Shown here piece by piece: positions 58,841-64,000 of a DNA stretch of 64,000 bases. This DNA comes from Mobula hypostoma (taxonomy: Eukaryota), in assembly GCF_963921235.1 (NCBI RefSeq), contig NC_086097.1, forward strand, positions 3,596,001 to 3,660,000. Reading direction: 5' to 3'. The position numbers were made by a program, and so were the translations under genes. The first letter of the stretch is position 1. Every line of letters starts with the position of its first letter. The notes under the pieces were generated by a model. That model ran no database searches, had not been told where the DNA came from, and worked only from the letters and a program-made list of their open reading frames with translations.

Positions 58841-60250
58841 TCCCTAGTGGTCACAGTATGTATATACAATTGTTCAGTGTGTCCCCTAGTGGTCACAGTG
58901 TGTATATGCAGTTGTTCAGTGTGTCCCCTAGTGGTCACAGTATGTAAAAGCAGTTGTTCAGTGTGTCCCCTAGTGGTCACAGTGTGTATATGCAATTGTT
59001 CAGTGTGTCCCCTAGTGGTCACAGTATGTATATGCAGTTGTTCAGTGTGTCCCCTAGTGGTCACAGTGTGTATATACAATTGATCAGTATGTCCCCTAGT
59101 GGTCACAGTGTGTATATGCAGTTGTTCAGTGTGTCCCCTAGTGGTCACAGTATGTATATGCAGTTGTTCAGTATGTCCCCTAGTGGTCACAGTGTGCATA
59201 TGCAGTTTGTTCAGTGTGTCCCCTAGTGGTCACAGTGTGTATATGCAGTTGTTCAGTGTGTCCCCCAGTGGTCACAGTGTGTATATGCAGTTGTTCAGTG
59301 TGTCCCCCAGTGGTCACAGTATGTATATGCAATTGTTCAGTGTGTCCCCTAGTGGTCACAGTATGTATATGCAGTTGTTCAGTGTGTCCCCTAGTGGTCA
59401 CAGTGTGTATATACAATTGATCAGTATGTCCCCTAGTGGTCACAGTGTGTATATGCAGTTGTTCAGTGTGTCCCCTAGTGGTCACAGTGTGTATATGCAA
59501 CACACATCAAAGTTGCTGGTGAACGCAGCAGGCCAAGCAGCATCTATAGGAAGAGGCGCAGTCGACGTTTCAGGCCGAGACCCTTCGTCAGGACTAACTG
59601 ACGAGGACTAACTGACGAAGGGTCTCGGCCTGAAACGTCGACTGCGCCTCTTCCTATAGATGCTGCTTGGCCTGCTGCGTTCACCAGCAACTTTGATGTG
59701 TGTTGCTTGAATTTCCAGCATCTGCAGAATTCCTGTTGTTTGTGTGTATATGCAGTTGTTCAGTGTGTCCCCCTAGTGGTCACAGTGTGTATATGCAATT
59801 GTTCAGTGTGTCCCCCTAGTGGTCACGGTATGTATATGCAATTGTTCAGTGTGTCCCCTAGTGGTCACAGTGTGTATATGCAATTGTTCAGTGTGTCCCC
59901 CTAGTGGTCACGGTATGTATATGCAATTGTTCAGTGTGTCCCCTAGTGGTCACAGTATGTATATGCAGTTGTTCAGTGTGTCCCCTAGTAGTCACAGTAT
60001 GTAAAAGCAGTTGTTCAGTGTGTCCCCTAGTGGTCACAGTGTGTATATGCAATTGTTCAGTGTGTCCCCTAGTGGTCACAGTATGTAAAAGCAGTTGTTC
60101 AGCGTGTCTCCTAGTGGTCACAGTGTGTATATGCAATTGCTCAGTGTGTCCCCTAGTGGTCACAGTGTGTATATGCAATTGCTCAGTGTGTCCCCTAGTG
60201 GCTACAGTATGTATATGCAAATATTCAGTGTGTCCTCTGGTGGTTACAGT
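58841..60250. repeat. Minisatellite, 42-bp unit, about 27-28 copies, interrupted by a PLE fold-back insertion
   Basis: Unit gttcagtgtgtcccctagtggtcacagtgtgtatatgcagtt; it explains the periodic ORFs (HTVTTRGHTEQLHI)n. Confidence 0.97.
59500..59741. mobile_element. Fold-back Penelope-like 3' module insertion
   Basis: Perfect 95-bp inverted arms (59497-59591 and 59612-59706) and a 13-bp TSD GTGTGTATATGCA (59487-59499 and 59742-59754). Confidence 0.93.
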
Positions 60251-60516
60251 TCTTTGCATGATTCTGGAAGCTTCTGTGAAATGCAGTCTTGGCATGGAAT
60301 GGTAGGCATTGCTTATCTTAGTATAACAATGGTCTAATATGCTGGGACCACTGTTGCTTCAGGTTATCTGCTAATGGTAATTCAGAAGAGATATTTTCAT
60401 ACAAACTTGTTGAAGTCCCAGACTATGATTTGAAATGCGTTGGGGTGGACTGTTTCTTCTCTGGTGATGACAATATCTCAAGTGTGTGATTACAGTCGGC
60501 CGATGGTGGAATGCAG

Positions 60517-61760
60517 AACCATAAGATCATAAGACATAGGAGCAGAATTAGGCCATTTGGCCCATCAAGTCCGCTGCACCATTCAATTGTGGCTGATTCT
60601 TTATTTTCCCCTCCTCAGCCCCACTCCCCGGCTTTCTCCCCATAACCTTTGATGCCGTGTCCAATCAATCTCTGCTTTAAATACACCCAATGACCTGGCC
60701 TCCACAGATGCCTGTTCACTACCCTATGGCTAAAGAAATTTCTCTACATCTCTGGTTTAAATTGATGTCTCTCTACCCTGAGGCTGTTATCCTGAATAGA
60801 ATAATGGAAGGCTGGATAATGACGTCGATAGGGTTAATAAATCAGCCAAGATGGAACGGCAGAGCAGACTCGATGGGCTGAATGGCTCCTATAGCTTGCG
60901 CCTAATGGTCCATTAATTTTCTTCTAGCCACAGTTACTGCTGTCTGATATGTCACATCCTTCCCACTGCAGATAAATGGGGCCTAGCGACTGAAGTTTTG
61001 TCCAGTGACACCATAGGTATGTGAAAATACAACAGAATCTGAGGTTCAAAGGGACGAGGGTGTCCTTGTGCAGGATTCCCTGAAAGTTAATTTGCACGTT
61101 GAGCCTGTGGTGAGGAAGGCAAATGTGATGATAGCGTTCATTTCAAGAGGACTGGAATATTAAAAAAATGTGATGTCGTATAAAGCACTGTTGAAGCCTC
61201 ACTTGGAGTATTGTGAGCAGTTTTGGGCCCCTTACCTTAGAAAGGATGTGCTGAAACTGGAGAGGGTTCAAAGGAGGTTCACAAAAATGATTCCAGAATT
61301 GAACAGCTTGTCATATGAAGAGCGTTTGATTGCTTTGGGCCTGTATTCACTAGAATTCAAAAGAATGAGGGTGACCTCATTGAAACCTATCGACTGTTGA
61401 ATGGCCTCAATAGAGTGGATATGGAGAGGATGTTTCCTATAGTGGGAGAGTCTAAGACCAGAGGACACAGCCTCAGAACAGAGGGGCTTCCCTTCAGAAT
61501 GGAGATGAAAAGGAATTTATTTAGCCAAAGAGTGGTGAATCTGTGGAATTCATTGTCACAGGCAGCTGTTGAGGCCAAGTCTTTATGTACATTTAAGACA
61601 GAGATTGATAGACGCTTGATTAGTCAGGGCGTGAAGGGATACAGGATGAAGTCAGGAGTTGGGGACTGTGAAGGAAAATAGATCAGCCACAGTGAAATGA
61701 CGGAGCAGACTCAATGGGCCACATGACTGAATTCTGCTCCTGTATCTTATGGTCTTATTG
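60517..61760. mobile_element. CR1 3' fragments (60517-60786 -, about 60830-60910 +, 61040-61760 +)
   Basis: KPHLEYCEQFWAPYLRKD, KTRGHSL and TCTTATGG tails. Confidence 0.85.
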
Positions 61761-61929
61761 ATGTCTGTTTTAAATTATATCAATGACTAAGCCATTCCAG
61801 TGTAAAGATTTCCAAAGATTCTCCACCCTTTGTATGAAGGAATTTCTCATCTCAGTCCATAAATCTCTTATTCTGTAGTCATGGTCCCTTCTGGCAATCC
61901 CCCCACCTTGCTATTTACCTTAGGAATTG

Positions 61930-62310
61930 GGCCTCAATCCCCTCGTTTAATTTCCAGTCATTCCCAGGTTCCACTAACTACACACACCTGCTTTCCGTCA
62001 GAAAATGCAGGATAAAGACCCTGTGATCACAACAAGGAGCTGCCAGTTCGTTGGTTGACCCCGGTGTGTGTAATCTCGGTTCATGGTTCTTTGGACTATC
62101 AGTTCTAAGTCTAGCATCACCCCTGGATTGATTCTCTCCAAACCCAAGACTTCGGGTAAAGACTGATTCCACGCTCACTACAGCAATAACGCCTCCTGAC
62201 TCTGCCCCCACGCCCGTGTTCTGCACTTGGATTTGTCCACCGCCATGCTCGTGTAACATTCTATGCTCGTGATCTAGGTTGTAGGTATGCTCCACTAAAC
62301 TAACATGTCA
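61930..62310 (+). mobile_element. Possible LTR remnant
   Basis: cacacctg followed by a gataaa TATA-like element and a late taaact, similar in style to the 48.5 kb LTR. No TG..CA termini or TSD confirmed. Confidence 0.3.
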
Positions 62311-62353
62311 AAGTGAGATCACCTCTGTTCTCAAGAATATAGGTATATACTTT

Positions 62354-62527
62354 CAACATCCGGAGGAACTCAGTAGATCGGGCAGCATCAGTGGAAATGA
62401 TGAGTCGACGATTCGGGCCGGAACGTTGACTCATCGTTCCCACGGATGCTGCCCGACCTGCTGAGTTCCTCCAGTGTGCTGTGAGTGTTGCTTTGATCCC
62501 AGAATCTGCAGATTATTTTGTGTTTAA
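62354..62527. mobile_element. Older fold-back Penelope-like 3' module
   Basis: Imperfect inverted arms at about 62362-62410 and 62424-62472; 11-bp TSD GTATATACTTT (62343-62353 and 62528-62538). Confidence 0.85.
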
Positions 62528-62799
62528 GTATATACTTTGTTTTCTCTGGTGGACCAGTCTGGTCAACCTTTACGGCATTTCATTACTTTTTTAGATAATT
62601 AGACCACACCTGCAAACAATATTCCAAATACTTCCTCACCAAGTTTTTCCATTAACTGTAGACAATCTGAAGTCTAAAACATACTTGGAATAAAAACAAA
62701 TGAAGACCTCTAAAAGCAACACAATTATTGATTCTACTGATAAAATTTAAATGTCTGGAAAAAGTCATTGTATTATAAATTCAGTTGCTTTTTTTTCTC

Positions 62800-63172
62800 A
62801 GAGACATGAAGAAGTACAGCACAAAAACAGGCACTTCAACCCATCAAGTCTCTGCCGAAACCTTTTAATCTGCCAACTCCTAATAACCTGCCCTCCACAC
62901 CCCAACTATCCATGTACCTCTCCAAACTTCTCATAAACATTGGAATCGAGCTTGCATGTACCACTTGTGGTGGCAGCTCATTCCATACTCTTGTGACCCT
63001 CTGAGTGAAGAAGTTTTCCCTCCTGTTCACCTTAAACTTTTTACCTTTCATCCTTAACCCATGACGTCTGGTTGTAGTCCCAACCAAACACAGTGGAAAA
63101 AGCCTACTTGCATTTATCCTATCTATACCCCTCATATGTTTGAATAACTCTATCATGTCTCCTCTCAATCTT
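62800..63172 (-). mobile_element. CR1 3' end
   Basis: MRGDMIELFKHMRGIDR...NFFTQRVTRVWNELP. Confidence 0.85.
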
Positions 63173-63174
63173 CT

Positions 63175-64000
63175 TGAAGACCGTGTTAGGGATCTGGATG
63201 ACCTTTGGAGATATTTGATCAGAGTTACAGGGAAGCAGTCACCCTGAAGGTGCAGGAGACGAGTAGCTGGGTGACTGTCAGGAGAAATGGAAATGTGGAT
63301 AGGCAGTTAGTGCAGAGATGTTTGTGGCCATTCCCCTCAGTGATAAGTATACGGTTTTGGATACCGTTGTGGGAGATGACCTCCCAGGGGAATGCCACAG
63401 AGACCGGGCTACTAGCACTGAGCATGGGTCCATGGTGCAGAAGGGTATGAGGGAGAAGAGGAGAGCAGTAGTAATAGGGGATTCAATAGTCAGGGGAACA
63501 GACAGGAGATTCTGTGGACGTGAGCGGGACACCGGGATGGTGTGTTGCCTCCCAGCTGCCAGGGTCAGGGATGTCTCAGATCATGTTCACAACATTTCGG
63601 AGAGGGAAGGAGAGTAGCCAGATGTCTTGGTATCAATGACAAAGGAAGAAAAATCAATGAGGTCTTGAAAAGGGAATTTAAAGAGCTAGGCAGAAAGCTG
63701 AGAAGCAAGGCCTCCAGGATAGTAATTTGTGGATTGCTACCTGTGCCGCACGCCATTGAGGGTAGAAACAGGATGATCTGGCAGATAAATGCGTCGCTGA
63801 GAAGCTGGTGCAGGGTTCAGGGCTTCAGGTTCTTGGATCATTGGGATCTCTTCTGGGGGAGGTATGACCTGTTCAAAAGTGACGGGTTGCACCTGAATCT
63901 GAGGGGGACCAATATTCTCACGGGCAGTTTTCTTGGAGCTGTTGGGGGTGGGAACCAGAGTGTGAGGTAACTCAGGACAGGGCAGATGGTGAAAAAGCAA
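63175..64000 (+). mobile_element. CR1 ORF1 remnant with SGNH esterase-like domain (runs off the window)
   Basis: WVTVRR, IPLSDKYTVLD, AVVIGDSIVRG, CCLPAARVRD, GIND and DGLHLN, with frameshifts. Confidence 0.88.

Noticed and set aside
58798..60337. His/Thr- or Cys-rich repeat proteins, or a CRISPR-like array
   Set aside because: This is a head-to-tail 42-bp satellite with no unique spacers and no cas genes, in eukaryotic repeat context.
63318..63970. Host SGNH esterase gene
   Set aside because: It is frameshifted, intronless and matches the CR1 ORF1 esterase architecture also seen at about 45050.
1..64000. Prokaryotic-type RT system (retron, DGR, group II intron) or other novel operon
   Set aside because: All RT fragments carry eukaryotic LINE signatures, are pseudogenised and are mutually nested. 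There is no operon structure.

Overview
This is vertebrate nuclear DNA, most likely from a cartilaginous fish (ray or shark). That is an inference from the mix of CR1, Rex1/Babar, Penelope-like (PLE) and HE1-type V-SINE repeats. The window is almost entirely a nested mosaic of decayed transposable elements, and I found no host gene, rRNA, true tRNA or CRISPR array that I can support. Recognisable elements: many CR1 LINEs; Rex1/Babar fragments; a near full-length pseudogenised L1 ORF2; an L2 3' end; an R4/Dong-type fragment; a split Gypsy-like gag-protease; a solo LTR with a 5-bp TSD; GIY-YIG PLEs; tRNA-derived SINEs; Tigger, Tc1, hAT and Chapaev-like DNA transposon remnants; two minisatellites (69-70 bp and 42 bp); and a ~1.2 kb local duplication. 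The most interesting structural signal is a minimal hammerhead-ribozyme-like motif (AGUC-CUGANGA-A-stem II-GAAAC-GUH-GACU) in about a dozen PLE 3' modules. Many of these copies are 5'-truncated at or near the motif, and several form fold-back insertions with 11-14 bp TSDs. Hammerheads in PLEs are already known as a class, so I do not claim a new system. Family names come from motif recognition without database searches, and boundaries without a TSD are approximate.
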